Of a stretch of 64,000 nt of DNA, positions 17,429 through 27,555 are shown piece after piece. The position numbers and the translations under genes were made by a program. A model generated the notes under the pieces. The model saw nothing but the letters and a program-made list of their open reading frames with translations, did not search any database and was not told the DNA's origin. This DNA is from Actinomycetota bacterium (GTDB taxonomy: Bacteria; Actinomycetota; UBA4738), in contig JBEDUK010000013.1 in assembly GCA_040414485.1 (NCBI GenBank), positions 10,570 through 74,569 on the forward strand, read 5' to 3'. Position 1 is the stretch's first letter, and each line of letters opens with the position of its first letter.

Positions 17429-19547
17429 GTCGGACGACCCGCCGGTCCTTCGCGCTGGCGCGGGCGAGGGCACGCTCCTGGAGCCGCTGCTGCGCGTCGA
17501 TGCCCGCGCGCGTGGGGACCTTCGTGTAGCAGCCGTCCGGCCCCAGGGTCCACGCCAGCATGTCGTCGGACATGCAGATGTCCAGGATCTCCTGAAGCCG
17601 TGCTTTCAACACGGGATCCTTGACCTCGACGGTCGCCTCCACGCGCCGGTCGAGGTTCCGGGGCATGAGGTCCGCGGAGCCGATGAAGTACCGCGCCTGC
17701 TTTTCCTTCGCGCCGAACCGGAAGATCCGCGAATGCTCGAGGTAGCGCCCGACGATCGAGCGCACGCTGATGTTCTCCGACAGGCCCGGCTCGCCCGGGC
17801 GGAGGCAGCAGATCCCGCGCACGATGAGGTCGATCTTCGTGCCCGCCTGCGAGGCCTCGTAGAGCGCGTCGATCATCTCGGTGTCCACCAGGCTGTTCAT
17901 CTTCAGGATGATGCGGCCCTCGGGGGCGGCGGCCTGTTCGGCGATCAGCTCGATCAGACGCGAACGAAGGCTCATGGGCGCGACCAGCAGGTTCCGGTAG
18001 CGCGTCTGCCGGCTGTACCCCGTGAGGTAGTTGAACAGGTCGGCCACGTCGGCGGTGAGGTCCGGGTCGGCCGTGAGCAGGCCGACGTCCTCGTAGGCCT
18101 TCGCCGTGTTGGGGTTGTAGTTGCCGGTGCCAACGTGGCAGTAGCGCCGCACCCCGGATGCCTCCCCTCGGACGGCCAGGGAGATCTTCGCGTGGGTCTT
18201 CAGGCCGACCACGCCGTACAGCACGTGGACGCCCGCCCGCTCCATCAGCTTCGCCCACCCGATGTTCGCCTCCTCGTCGCCCCGCGCCTGGAGCTCGACC
18301 AGCGCCACGACCTGCTTGCCACCCTCGGCGGCGCGGATCAGCGAGCGGACGATCGGGCTCTCGCGGTCGGAGGTCCGGTACAGGGTCTGCTTCAGGGCGA
18401 GCACCGCCGGGTCGCGCGCGGCCTGTTCGATGAACTCCTCGACGGTGGCGTCGAAGGACTCATACGGGAGGTGCACGAGGACGTCGCCGCGGCGAAGCAC
18501 GTCGAACACGTCGGTGGGCAATCCTTCCTCAGACGGGGCGAGCCGTCGCGGCGTGATCCCGGCCCACGGCTCGTCCTTCAGCTCCGGCCGGTCGAGCGCG
18601 TAGAGCGTCATCAGGCCCGAAGCATCGAGCAGGCTGTCGACCACGTAGACGTCCTCGTCATCCAGCTCCAGTTCCTGGATCAGCCGATCGAGCACGTCCC
18701 TGGGCATGGACGCGCCGACCTCGAGCCGCACGACCTCAGGCGACCGTTGGCGGAGCCGGACGAAGGATTCGATCGCGGACAGGAGATCCTCGCCCTCGTC
18801 GATCTCGATATCGAGGTCCGCGTCGCGCGTGACCCGGAACAGATGGTGGGCGACGATGTCCATGCCGGGGAACAGGGCCGTCACGTTCGCGCCGATGAGC
18901 TCCTCCAGCGGGATGAAACGGACCCCGTCGGGCAGCGCCATGAACCGGGGAAGCAGCGGAGGCACCTTCACGCGGGCGAACCGCCGCACCTGCGTCACCT
19001 TGTCCCGCACGACCACGGCGAGGTTCAGCGAAAGGTGCGAGATGTACGGGAACGGGTGCGCCGGGTCGACCGAGAGCGGCGTCAGCACGGGGAACACGCG
19101 GTCGCGGAAGGTGCCCTCGAGGTACTGGCGGTCCTCCTTCGTCAGGTCGTCCCAACGGACGATCGAGATCTTCGACGCGTCCATCGCCGGGATCAGCTGC
19201 TCGGCGATCACGCGTGACTGGCGGTCGACCAGCGCCTGAACCCGCGCGCGGATCGCCGCGAGTTGCTCGCCGGCGGTCATCCCGTCGGGCGTGGTGGACG
19301 AGAAGCCCGCCTCGACCTGCTCGCTCAGACCCGCCACGCGGATCTGGAAGAACTCGTCCAGGTTCGAACTGAAGATCGCCACGAAGCGCGCGCGTTCGAG
19401 CAGCGGGCGGTGCTCGTCCTCAGCCAGCGCGAGGACGCGTTCGTTGAAGTCGAGCCAGGAGAGCTCGCGATTGATGTACCGGCCCGCCACAGGCACGCGC
19501 GACGGCCTCTCGCGAGCCGTGTGGAGCCGTTCGTTCGTGTCGACCAT
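17421..19547 (-). CDS. ppk1: polyphosphate kinase 1
   Basis: 708 aa; RYINRELSWLDFNERVL...FIGSADLMPRNLDRRVE hallmark PPK1 motifs. Confidence 0.95.
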   Translation of the reverse strand: MVDTNERLHTARERPSRVPVAGRYINRELSWLDFNERVLALAEDEHRPLLERARFVAIFSSNLDEFFQIRVAGLSEQVEAGFSSTTPDGMTAGEQLAAIRARVQALVDRQSRVIAEQLIPAMDASKISIVRWDDLTKEDRQYLEGTFRDRVFPVLTPLSVDPAHPFPYISHLSLNLAVVVRDKVTQVRRFARVKVPPLLPRFMALPDGVRFIPLEELIGANVTALFPGMDIVAHHLFRVTRDADLDIEIDEGEDLLSAIESFVRLRQRSPEVVRLEVGASMPRDVLDRLIQELELDDEDVYVVDSLLDASGLMTLYALDRPELKDEPWAGITPRRLAPSEEGLPTDVFDVLRRGDVLVHLPYESFDATVEEFIEQAARDPAVLALKQTLYRTSDRESPIVRSLIRAAEGGKQVVALVELQARGDEEANIGWAKLMERAGVHVLYGVVGLKTHAKISLAVRGEASGVRRYCHVGTGNYNPNTAKAYEDVGLLTADPDLTADVADLFNYLTGYSRQTRYRNLLVAPMSLRSRLIELIAEQAAAPEGRIILKMNSLVDTEMIDALYEASQAGTKIDLIVRGICCLRPGEPGLSENISVRSIVGRYLEHSRIFRFGAKEKQARYFIGSADLMPRNLDRRVEATVEVKDPVLKARLQEILDICMSDDMLAWTLGPDGCYTKVPTRAGIDAQQRLQERALARASAKDRRVVRRG

Positions 19548-19678
19548 GTGTCCGCTGCCCCGGCGTTTGGAGGTTCGCCCACAGGGTACTCGACCACCGG
19601 CAGGGGCTGCCGAGCCGTGCGCTCCATGCCTGGTGAGCCGTGCGTTCCGGATGAACGACAGGCCTTCTCGGCGCGGTC

Positions 19679-19718
19679 GTTCACCGGACGTTCACCGTGT
19701 CGTGCCGGTCGATTCACT
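19679..19718. promoter_or_regulatory. PHO box: GTTCACC (19679), GTTCACC (19690), degenerate unit (19701), ATTCACT (19712) direct repeats at exact 11-bp phasing in ppk1/pstS divergent promoter
   Basis: read from sequence ~50-90 nt upstream of pstS ATG 19767. Confidence 0.55.
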
Positions 19719-19766
19719 TCCCACGCATAGCGTGCCCGTGGCCGCTCGACGACGAAAGGACGGCTC

Positions 19767-20849
19767 ATGAGACTTCCGCGCCCCCTCACCTGGACGGTCT
19801 GTGTCGCCGCTGCCGCGCTCGTCGCGGCGGGATGCGGCTCGAACGGCGGTGGCTCCTCGAGTGGCGTGCCCCTGACGGGCGCCGGCTCGACGTTCGCCCA
19901 GCCCATGTATCAGAGCTGGTCCCACTCGTACCTCTCGATCCAGTCGGGGGCCAAGATCAACTACCAGGCGATCGGTTCGGGCGGAGGCGTGCAGCAGTTC
20001 ACCTCGAAGACGGTCGACTTCGGCGCGACGGACGTGCCACTGCAGCAGGACGAGATCTCGGCGCTGCCGTCCAAGAACTACATCGAGTTTCCGACCTGCC
20101 TCGGCGCGGTGGTCATCGCGTACCACGTGACCGGCCTGCAGAGCGGCCTGAAGCTCGACGGCGCGACCGCCGCCGGCATCTTCCTGGGGAAGATCACCTC
20201 GTGGAACGACCAGGCCATCGCCGCGCTGAACCCGGGCATGACGTTGCCGAACACCCCGATCCACACGGTACACCGTGCCGACGAGTCGGGGACCACCGCG
20301 GTGTTCACCGGATGGCTCGCGAAGGAGAGCTCCGACTGGGAGAGCCAGGTCGGATCCGGTAAGGCCGTGCAGTGGCCCGGCGGTACCTCGGCCAACGGAA
20401 GCGACGGCGTCGCCGCGGCCGTGAGCCAGACCGACGGTGCCGTCGGCTACCTCTCCTACGACTTCGCGGTCACCGCGAACCTCGGCATCACCGACATCAA
20501 AGCGCCCGACGGCACGTACGTGGCGCCCTCGATCAAGTCGATCACCGCGGCCGGCGGCGGCCTGTCCTTCCCGATCACGCCGACCACGAACATCCTGGAT
20601 TCGTCGACGCCAGGCGCGTACCCGATCGCCAGCACGACGTACGTCCTGATCTACACGGACCAGACGAACCAGGACAAGGCGCAGACGCTGTCGAACTTCT
20701 GGACCTGGGCGCTGACCAAGGGCCAGAGCGCGACCACGGCGATCAATTACGCGCCTCTGCCGTCGTCCGTCGCGCAATCGGCGCTGGCGGAGGTCAAGAA
20801 GATCAGCGTCAACGGCACGGCCGTGACGCCCTCGGTCGGATCCTCCTAA
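19767..20849 (+). CDS. pstS: phosphate-binding lipoprotein PstS
   Basis: lipobox LVAAGC; near full-length similarity to E. coli PstS (IFLGKITSWNDQAIAALNPGMTLPNTPIHTVHRADESGTT). Confidence 0.95.
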   Translation: MRLPRPLTWTVCVAAAALVAAGCGSNGGGSSSGVPLTGAGSTFAQPMYQSWSHSYLSIQSGAKINYQAIGSGGGVQQFTSKTVDFGATDVPLQQDEISALPSKNYIEFPTCLGAVVIAYHVTGLQSGLKLDGATAAGIFLGKITSWNDQAIAALNPGMTLPNTPIHTVHRADESGTTAVFTGWLAKESSDWESQVGSGKAVQWPGGTSANGSDGVAAAVSQTDGAVGYLSYDFAVTANLGITDIKAPDGTYVAPSIKSITAAGGGLSFPITPTTNILDSSTPGAYPIASTTYVLIYTDQTNQDKAQTLSNFWTWALTKGQSATTAINYAPLPSSVAQSALAEVKKISVNGTAVTPSVGSS

Positions 20850-20856
20850 CCCGGGC

Positions 20857-21897
20857 GTGTCGGTCGCAGCGGGAGCCCCGGAGGCGTTCGCCGGTCCCTC
20901 GTCCCTGACGGGGCACGGACGGTCGCGGCTGGCCGACCGGTCGTTCGGCCGTGGGTCGATGGCGATCGCGTTCGCGCTCATCGTCCTCCTGGCGCTGATC
21001 ATGTGGGTGCTGCTCGACGGCAGCATCCGCATCTGGCAGACCGAAGGCCTGAGCTTCCTGGTCGGCACGAACTGGAACCCCGTGCCGGGCCGCGAGCAGT
21101 ACGGCGCGTTGCCGTTCATCTACGGAACGGTGGTGACCTCCGTCCTGGCGATCGCGCTCGCGGTCCCGGTTTCGGTGAGCCTGGCGCTGCTGCTGAACGA
21201 GGGGCCGGTCGGGTGGCTTCGGCACACGCTCGCTGTCCTGGTCGACCTGCTGGCGGCGATCCCGAGCGTCGTGTACGGCCTGTGGGCGGTCTTCGTCATG
21301 CTGCCGATCTTCGACCACCACGTCGAGCCGTTCCTGACGGACACGATCGGCAAGGTGCCGATCATCGGCTCGTTGTTCCAGGGCAATCCTGCCGGCGGCG
21401 ACATGTTCACGGCCGGCGTGATCCTGGCCGTCATGATCCTGCCGATCATCACGGCGGTGAGCAGGGAGGTGGTCGCCGTGGTTCCGCGAGACCTCCGTGA
21501 GGCCGCCCTGGGGCTCGGCGCCACCCGCTACGAGATGATCCGGCTGGCGGTCCTGCCGTATGCGCGAAGCGGCATCGTGGGCGCGACCATGCTCGGGCTG
21601 GGCCGCGCGCTCGGTGAGACCATCGCCGTCGCCCTCGTGGTCGGAAATTCACCCACGATCAACGTCTCGCTGTTCCACGCGGGATACACGATCCCGGCCG
21701 TCATCGCCAACGAGTTCCGCGAAGCGACCAACGCGGGCCTGCACCGTTCGGCCCTGCTCGGGCTGGCGATCATCCTCATGGTGATCGCGCTGGTGATGGC
21801 GACCCTGTCGCGGCTTCTCGTGGGCCGGACGGAACGGCAGGCCGGTGTTCCGGCGGCGGACCAGGCGGATCTGACCGCGACGACGGGGCTGCAATGA
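20857..21897 (+). CDS. pstC: phosphate ABC transporter permease PstC
   Basis: GTG 20857; homologous to 2663..3682 product. Confidence 0.9.
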   Translation: MSVAAGAPEAFAGPSSLTGHGRSRLADRSFGRGSMAIAFALIVLLALIMWVLLDGSIRIWQTEGLSFLVGTNWNPVPGREQYGALPFIYGTVVTSVLAIALAVPVSVSLALLLNEGPVGWLRHTLAVLVDLLAAIPSVVYGLWAVFVMLPIFDHHVEPFLTDTIGKVPIIGSLFQGNPAGGDMFTAGVILAVMILPIITAVSREVVAVVPRDLREAALGLGATRYEMIRLAVLPYARSGIVGATMLGLGRALGETIAVALVVGNSPTINVSLFHAGYTIPAVIANEFREATNAGLHRSALLGLAIILMVIALVMATLSRLLVGRTERQAGVPAADQADLTATTGLQ

Positions 21898-22766
21898 GCG
21901 CCACCACCCTGGGACCCGGCCTGACGATCGCCCGCTCGCGGCGGGTGAAGAACACCGTGTTCATGGTGGTCTTGTGGGCCGCCGGCGCGCTGGCCCTGCT
22001 GCCGCTGATCTTCATCAGCGCCTACGTCGTGGTGCGTGGCCTGGCGGCGCTGAACATCGACTTCTTCACGCAGGAGCCCGTCCCGCCGCCGCTGCCGGGC
22101 GGCGGATTCGGACCTGCGTTCGTCGGCACCGGGATGATGGTCGGGATCGCCTGCCTGATCTCGATCCCCATCGGGCTGCTGTCGGCCGTCTACCTCTCCG
22201 AATACGGACGGGGGAAGGTTGCCAGCTCGGTGCGGTTCGTCGCCGAGATCCTGCTTTCCACGCCCTCGATCATCGCGGGCGCGTTCATCTGGGCGCTGGT
22301 GGTCGTGGCGCTCGGCAACTTCTCCGCCCTCGCCGGCGCGCTCGCGCTCAGCGTGATCATGTGGCCGATCATCACGCGATCGGCCGAGGAGGTCCTCCGC
22401 CTGGTGCCCCATGAGCTGCGCGAGGGCGGCCTCGCCCTCGGCATGCGACGCTGGAAGGTGATCATGCGCGTGGTGGTCCCCACCGCCGGAGCGGGCATCT
22501 TCACGGCCATCATGCTCGCCGTCGCCCGCGGCCTGGGTGAGACGGCGCCCATCCTGCTCACTGCGCTCGGCAACGACTTCTACAACACGAACCCGCTCCA
22601 ACCGACGGACGCGGTCACACTAAGGATGTTCAACTACGCTCAGAGCCCCTATCCGACCCAGCACTCCCAGGCGTGGGGCGGGGCGATCGTGTTGCTGTTC
22701 GCGGTCCTGCTGCTTTCGATATCCGCGCGAGTCCTGTCGGCTCGGCAGCAACGGAGGACGAGATGA
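21894..22766 (+). CDS. pstA: phosphate ABC transporter permease PstA
   Basis: ATGA overlap with pstC; permease EAA loop. Confidence 0.9.
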   Translation: MSATTLGPGLTIARSRRVKNTVFMVVLWAAGALALLPLIFISAYVVVRGLAALNIDFFTQEPVPPPLPGGGFGPAFVGTGMMVGIACLISIPIGLLSAVYLSEYGRGKVASSVRFVAEILLSTPSIIAGAFIWALVVVALGNFSALAGALALSVIMWPIITRSAEEVLRLVPHELREGGLALGMRRWKVIMRVVVPTAGAGIFTAIMLAVARGLGETAPILLTALGNDFYNTNPLQPTDAVTLRMFNYAQSPYPTQHSQAWGGAIVLLFAVLLLSISARVLSARQQRRTR

Positions 22767-23602
22767 GCGTTCCGAATCCCGCCCAGGTCCGCAGCGCGGA
22801 TCCGGGAGACCCGCCGCCGGACGACGCCGTGCAGGCTGAACCGCGGGGAACCACGATCGAGTCGGTGGATCTCCGCGTGGCGTTCGCGTCCAACGAGGTC
22901 CTCCACGGCGTGTCGGTTGCCGCGGCGACCCAGTCCGTCACCGCGGTGATCGGGCCGAGCGGCTGCGGCAAGTCCACGTTCCTCCGCGCGCTGAACCGGA
23001 TGCACGACGAGGTCCGCGGCGCTCGCGTGACGGGCAAGGTGCTGTTCGACGGCATGGACATCTACGACTCGAGCGTCGATCCGGTCCTGGTTCGAACCCG
23101 CATCGGCATGGTCTTCCAGCGGGCGAACCCGTTCCCGACCATGAGCGTGCGCGACAACGTGACGGCCGGCCTTCGGCTTCAGGGCCGGCGCTCGAAGAAG
23201 GAGATGAACGACGAGGCCGAGCGCTCCCTTCGGCGCGCCGGCCTGTGGGAGGAGGTCAAGGACCGGCTGGAGGAACCGGGCGGGAAGCTGTCCGGCGGCC
23301 AGCAGCAGCGCCTGTGCATCGCGCGCGCGCTCGCCGTGGAGCCGGAGGTCCTGTTGATGGACGAGCCGGCCTCAGCGCTCGACCCGGCGTCGACGCTTCG
23401 CATCGAGCAGCTCATCGAGGAGTTGAAGACCACCTACACGGTGATCATCGTGACCCACAACATGCAGCAGGCCGCGCGGATCTCGGACTGGACGCTGTTC
23501 CTGCTGAACGGCGACCTGGTCGAGTTCGGTCCGACGGAGCGGATCTTCACGGCTCCGACGGACTCGCGGACCGAGGACTACGTCACGGGGCGGTTCGGGT
23601 AG
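22763..23602 (+). CDS. pstB: phosphate ABC transporter ATPase PstB
   Basis: ATGA overlap; [31 protein letters not shown]. Confidence 0.95.
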   Translation: MSVPNPAQVRSADPGDPPPDDAVQAEPRGTTIESVDLRVAFASNEVLHGVSVAAATQSVTAVIGPSGCGKSTFLRALNRMHDEVRGARVTGKVLFDGMDIYDSSVDPVLVRTRIGMVFQRANPFPTMSVRDNVTAGLRLQGRRSKKEMNDEAERSLRRAGLWEEVKDRLEEPGGKLSGGQQQRLCIARALAVEPEVLLMDEPASALDPASTLRIEQLIEELKTTYTVIIVTHNMQQAARISDWTLFLLNGDLVEFGPTERIFTAPTDSRTEDYVTGRFG

Positions 23603-23604
23603 CC

Positions 23605-24327
23605 ATGAACGAAGTGCGAGGCAAGTTTCACCAGGAGCTCCGGGACCTCGAAGGGGAGGTCCTGCGCGTGGGCGACGAGGCGGCCGACATGGTGAGCCGC
23701 GCCGTCCGGGCATTGGTAAAGCGGGATGACGAATTGGCCCGGGGCGTGATCATCTCCGACGACGTCGTCGACCGCATGTATCTGGACATCGAACGCCGGA
23801 TCCTCGACGCGTTCGCCCTGCAGGCACCGGTCGCGTCGGACCTGCGCCTGCTCTCGACCATGCTGCACATCAACCTGCATCTGGAGCGGATCGGCGACCA
23901 GGCGGTCAACGTCTCGAAGATGTCCCTCGCGGCGCGGTCGCTCCCCTCCGACGAGACGATCATGCTGCACCTCACGGAGATGGGCGACATCGTCGGCGCC
24001 ATGCTCCGGACCGCGCTGGAGGCGTTCGCGCGCCGCGATCTCGAACTGTGCATGCGGCTGCCGGCCATGGACGATCCAGTGGACGAGCTGAACCGCGGGA
24101 TGTACCGGCACGTGGTTCGGCTTTCAGGCGACGCCGCGGCGCTCGAATGGGGCATCCGCATGAACGTCGTGGCGCGCCAACTGGAGCGCGTGGGCGACAA
24201 CGCCGTCGACATCGGGGAGCAGGTCGCCTACCTGCTCACGGGAGAATTCCGCGAATTCACGGACGCCAGTCACAGGGATGGTTCGGCATCGTCCGCAGAG
24301 GGGGACCATGGCGACGAACGGACATAA
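23605..24327 (+). CDS. phoU: phosphate signalling regulator PhoU
   Basis: two PhoU repeats (DxxxD motifs), 240 aa, ATG 3 nt after pstB stop. Confidence 0.9.
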   Translation: MNEVRGKFHQELRDLEGEVLRVGDEAADMVSRAVRALVKRDDELARGVIISDDVVDRMYLDIERRILDAFALQAPVASDLRLLSTMLHINLHLERIGDQAVNVSKMSLAARSLPSDETIMLHLTEMGDIVGAMLRTALEAFARRDLELCMRLPAMDDPVDELNRGMYRHVVRLSGDAAALEWGIRMNVVARQLERVGDNAVDIGEQVAYLLTGEFREFTDASHRDGSASSAEGDHGDERT

Positions 24328-25036
24328 CCGGCCGGCGGTGCTCATCGTCGAGGACGAGCCGGCGCTCGCCGACAGCATCCAGTACTCGCTCGAACGCGAG
24401 GGGTTCGACGTGGCGATCGCCGTCGACGGCGAACGTGCGCTCGAACGGTTCCGCGTCGCGTCGCCCTCGCTGATCCTGTTGGACCTGATGCTCCCGAGGC
24501 TTTCCGGTCTGGACGTGTGCCGGATCGTCCGGTCCGAGTCCACCGTCCCGATCATCATGCTGACGGCGAAGGACTCCGAGGCGGACAAGGTCGCCGGCCT
24601 GGAACTGGGCGCCGACGACTACGTGACGAAGCCGTTCTCCATGCGCGAGCTGGTCTCGCGCGTGCGCGCGCACCTGCGGCGGGCCGGAATGGTGACCGAA
24701 CCGCCCGAGGTCGAGGTGCTCACCGGCGGACCGGTCGAGCTGGACATCGCGCGGCACGAGGCGCGCGTCCGAGGCGAAAGGGTCGGGCTCACGCCGAAGG
24801 AGTTCGAGCTGCTCGAGACGTTCCTGCTCCGCAAGGGCCGGATGCTCACGCGGGACTTCCTGATAGAGGAGGTCTGGGGCGCGGACTATTTCGGCGACAC
24901 CAAGACGCTCGACGTCCACGTGAAGCGCCTGCGGCAGAAGATCGAACGCCAGCCGCACCAGCCGGAGCACCTGGTGACCGTGCGCGGGCTCGGATACCGG
25001 TTCCTGGACGAACCGCAGCAGGCGCCCACGGGCTGA
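24308..25036 (+). CDS. OmpR/PhoB-family response regulator, overlapping phoU 3' end by 20 nt; no adjacent histidine kinase
   Basis: REC (LIVEDEPA...DLMLPRLSGLDVCR...TAKD) + winged-helix (TVRGLGYRF). Confidence 0.85.
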   Translation: MATNGHNRPAVLIVEDEPALADSIQYSLEREGFDVAIAVDGERALERFRVASPSLILLDLMLPRLSGLDVCRIVRSESTVPIIMLTAKDSEADKVAGLELGADDYVTKPFSMRELVSRVRAHLRRAGMVTEPPEVEVLTGGPVELDIARHEARVRGERVGLTPKEFELLETFLLRKGRMLTRDFLIEEVWGADYFGDTKTLDVHVKRLRQKIERQPHQPEHLVTVRGLGYRFLDEPQQAPTG

Positions 25037-25062
25037 CGCCGGGGGCCTTCGGGGGCGGCCGG

Positions 25063-25713
25063 TCAGGTGCCGGGCGTGGTCGTGTGCCGGGCGAGATACG
25101 CGGCCGCCTCCGCCCGCCGGGCCACCTCGAGCTTCGACAGGATGCTCGAGACGTAGTTCTTGACCGTCTTCTCCGCGAGGTGCAGCTCCTCGCCGATCTG
25201 CTTGTTCGTGCGTCCGTCGGCCACCAGCGAGAGGATCCGTTCCTCCTGCGGCGACAGACGGGCCAGGCGTTCGTCCCGAAGGAGGTGCTTGCCCTTGCGC
25301 AGCCGGTCCAGCACGTTCTTCGTGACGGCCGGGTCGAGCAGGCTCTGGCCCTGGCCGACCGCCCTGATGGCGCGGACCAGCTCGCCGCTCTTGATCTGCT
25401 TGAGCACGTAGCCGCTGGCGCCGGCCATGATCGAGGCGAACAGCGCCTCGTCGTCGGCGAACGATGTGAGCATCAGCACCGCCGTCTGCGGGCGGCGCGC
25501 CCGGATCTCGCGGGTTGCCTCGATGCCGCTGCCGTCGGTGAGACGCACGTCCATGACCACGACGTCCGGCCGGCTTCGTTCGGCCTCGTCGATCGCCTCC
25601 TGGACCGAGCCCGCCTCGGCGGTCACCACGATGTCGTCGGTGGACTGGAGCAGAGCCTTGATGCCCCCGCGGACCACCTCGTGGTCGTCGACGAGCATCA
25701 CGCGCAGCGGCAT
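25063..25713 (-). CDS. NarL/LuxR-family response regulator, DevR/DosR-like
   Basis: REC + LuxR HTH (KQIGEELHLAEKTVKNYVSSILSKL); start ATG 25713 (alt GTG 25734). Confidence 0.85.
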   Translation of the reverse strand: MPLRVMLVDDHEVVRGGIKALLQSTDDIVVTAEAGSVQEAIDEAERSRPDVVVMDVRLTDGSGIEATREIRARRPQTAVLMLTSFADDEALFASIMAGASGYVLKQIKSGELVRAIRAVGQGQSLLDPAVTKNVLDRLRKGKHLLRDERLARLSPQEERILSLVADGRTNKQIGEELHLAEKTVKNYVSSILSKLEVARRAEAAAYLARHTTTPGT

Positions 25714-25786
25714 CCCACCACCGGTGCTGGTCACGGCGTCATGCTCCCATCTCGCGGGGCGACCCTCAAGCCGCCACGGACAACGC

Positions 25787-27436
25787 TCACAGCGGCAGGG
25801 TGACGCACACGGTCGTCCCCTCGCCCGGTTCGCTCTTCATCGCGAGCGTCCCGCCCAGCGACTCGGCGCGGTGCTCGAGGTTCCCGAGCCCGTTGCCCGA
25901 TCCCCGGGCGGCGGCCGGATCGAACCCCCGTCCGTCGTCGTCGATCTCGAGCATCGCGCCGCCCGTGGCGCTGAATCGCAGCTGGACCCGGCAGGTGACG
26001 GCGTCCGCGTGGCGCCCCACGTTCGACAGGGCCTCCCGGGTCATCTGGACGATGTCGGCCGCCTTCGATCCGAGCTCGGCCGCCACCCGATCGTCGATGT
26101 CGACCGCGACGGTGACCCCCGACTTCTGGGCGAAGTCCTCGGCGAGCTCTCGGAGCGCCTCGCCCAGCTGCCGATCGGCCAGGATGCCCGGCCGGAGGCC
26201 GAAGATGTAGTTCCGAAGATCGCGGATGACACGGTCGAGTTCGTTGACCGCGCCTTCGATCCTGGCCGAGATCTCGTCCTCGGCGATCATTGCCGTGCCC
26301 TGCAGTCCCATCCCGACGGCGAACAGTGACTGGATCACGCCGTCGTGGAGCTCCTTCGCGATCCGCTCGCGGTCCTCCATCACGACCAGCCGCTTGAGCT
26401 GCTCCTGCGCCCGCCCGTACTCGAGGGCGATCGACGCCTGATCGGCGAAGGACGCCACGACCCGGATGTCCTCGTCTGTGAACGTCCTGCCGGGAGCCCG
26501 GTTCGCGACCGTCAGCGTGCCGAACGCCTCGCCCTGTGCGGTCATGGGCACGACCACCGCCGGGCCGACGGAGCCAAGCCGAACGACCGGCTGATCGACG
26601 CGCTCGTCCGCGGACGCGTCGGCGAGCACCTGCGGCTCGCGCTTGCGGATCGCGTCGCCCGAGATGGACCCGTCCACGGGGAACCGGAGGCCGAGCAGCT
26701 CGTCCGCCAGGTCGCCCGTTGCCGCCTGATTGACGAACCACGAGCCATCCGTTGCGCGGACCGCGATCGTGGCCAGGTCGGCGCCGGCCAGCTCGCGCGC
26801 CCTGGCCGCGGCCAGCGTCAGAACCTCGGACGAGTCGCTTCCCGCGAGGATCGCCGTGCTGATCTCCCCGACCGCGTCCAGCCAGCGCTCCCGGCGTCGG
26901 GTCTCCTCGTACAGGTGCGCGTTGGCCACCGCGACGCCCGCCTGGGTGGCGAGCACCACCAGGTCCTCCTCGTCCTGTTCGGTGAACTCGGCCGCGCCCT
27001 GCTTCTCGGCCAGGTAGATGTTGCCGTAGACGCGCCCGAGCGCCTTGACCGGCGCGCCGAGAAACGACCGCATCGGTGGGTGATGGGGTGGGAAGCCCAC
27101 CGAGCGCGGGTCGTCGGCGATGTTCGTCAGGCGGAGGGGCCGCGCGTCCTCGATGAGCGCGCCGAGCACGCCGCCGCCGGTCGGGTAATGGCCGATCGCC
27201 CGCCGCGTCTCCTCGTCGACGCCGATCGTGACGAATTCCGCGATCCGCCCGTCGGCTCCCAGCACGCCGAGCGCGCCGTAGCGGGCGCCGCAGATCTCCG
27301 TGGCGGTCTGCACGATCCGCCGGAGCACCGCCGCGAGCGAGAGCTCCGAGGACAGAACCATGCCGGCCTGAAGCAAGGCGTCCTTGCGCGATGCGTGCTC
27401 CGCCCCCTGAGGAGACCTCGTCTCCGGGTCCGCCAT
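25787..27436 (-). CDS. GAF-GAF-histidine kinase (HisKA_3 + HATPase), DevS/DosS/DosT-like sensor
   Basis: two GAF domains, H-box ERERIAKELHDGVIQSLF, N/G boxes; 549 aa. Confidence 0.85.
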   Translation of the reverse strand: MADPETRSPQGAEHASRKDALLQAGMVLSSELSLAAVLRRIVQTATEICGARYGALGVLGADGRIAEFVTIGVDEETRRAIGHYPTGGGVLGALIEDARPLRLTNIADDPRSVGFPPHHPPMRSFLGAPVKALGRVYGNIYLAEKQGAAEFTEQDEEDLVVLATQAGVAVANAHLYEETRRRERWLDAVGEISTAILAGSDSSEVLTLAAARARELAGADLATIAVRATDGSWFVNQAATGDLADELLGLRFPVDGSISGDAIRKREPQVLADASADERVDQPVVRLGSVGPAVVVPMTAQGEAFGTLTVANRAPGRTFTDEDIRVVASFADQASIALEYGRAQEQLKRLVVMEDRERIAKELHDGVIQSLFAVGMGLQGTAMIAEDEISARIEGAVNELDRVIRDLRNYIFGLRPGILADRQLGEALRELAEDFAQKSGVTVAVDIDDRVAAELGSKAADIVQMTREALSNVGRHADAVTCRVQLRFSATGGAMLEIDDDGRGFDPAAARGSGNGLGNLEHRAESLGGTLAMKSEPGEGTTVCVTLPL

Positions 27437-27502
27437 CGGCGCGAGCGTACCATCGCCGGTTCGGGCGAAATCGCGACGTCCCGGCCGGGTCCCGCGTCGT
27501 CA

Positions 27503-27516
27503 GGGCCGTTCGGCCG
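27503..27516. promoter_or_regulatory. inverted repeat GGGCCGTTCGGCCG ~67 nt upstream of DosS-like kinase start
   Basis: member of recurring GGGCCGWWCGGC(C/A)C motif family found at 7-8 promoters in window. Confidence 0.4.
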
Positions 27517-27555
27517 TAGGTGGATCCGGCGCCCTCGTCGACCCTTGCCACCATC

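Noticed and set aside
17418-19217. 599-aa plus-strand ORF opposite ppk1
   Set aside because: Antisense artefact; ppk1 on the minus strand has unmistakable homology.
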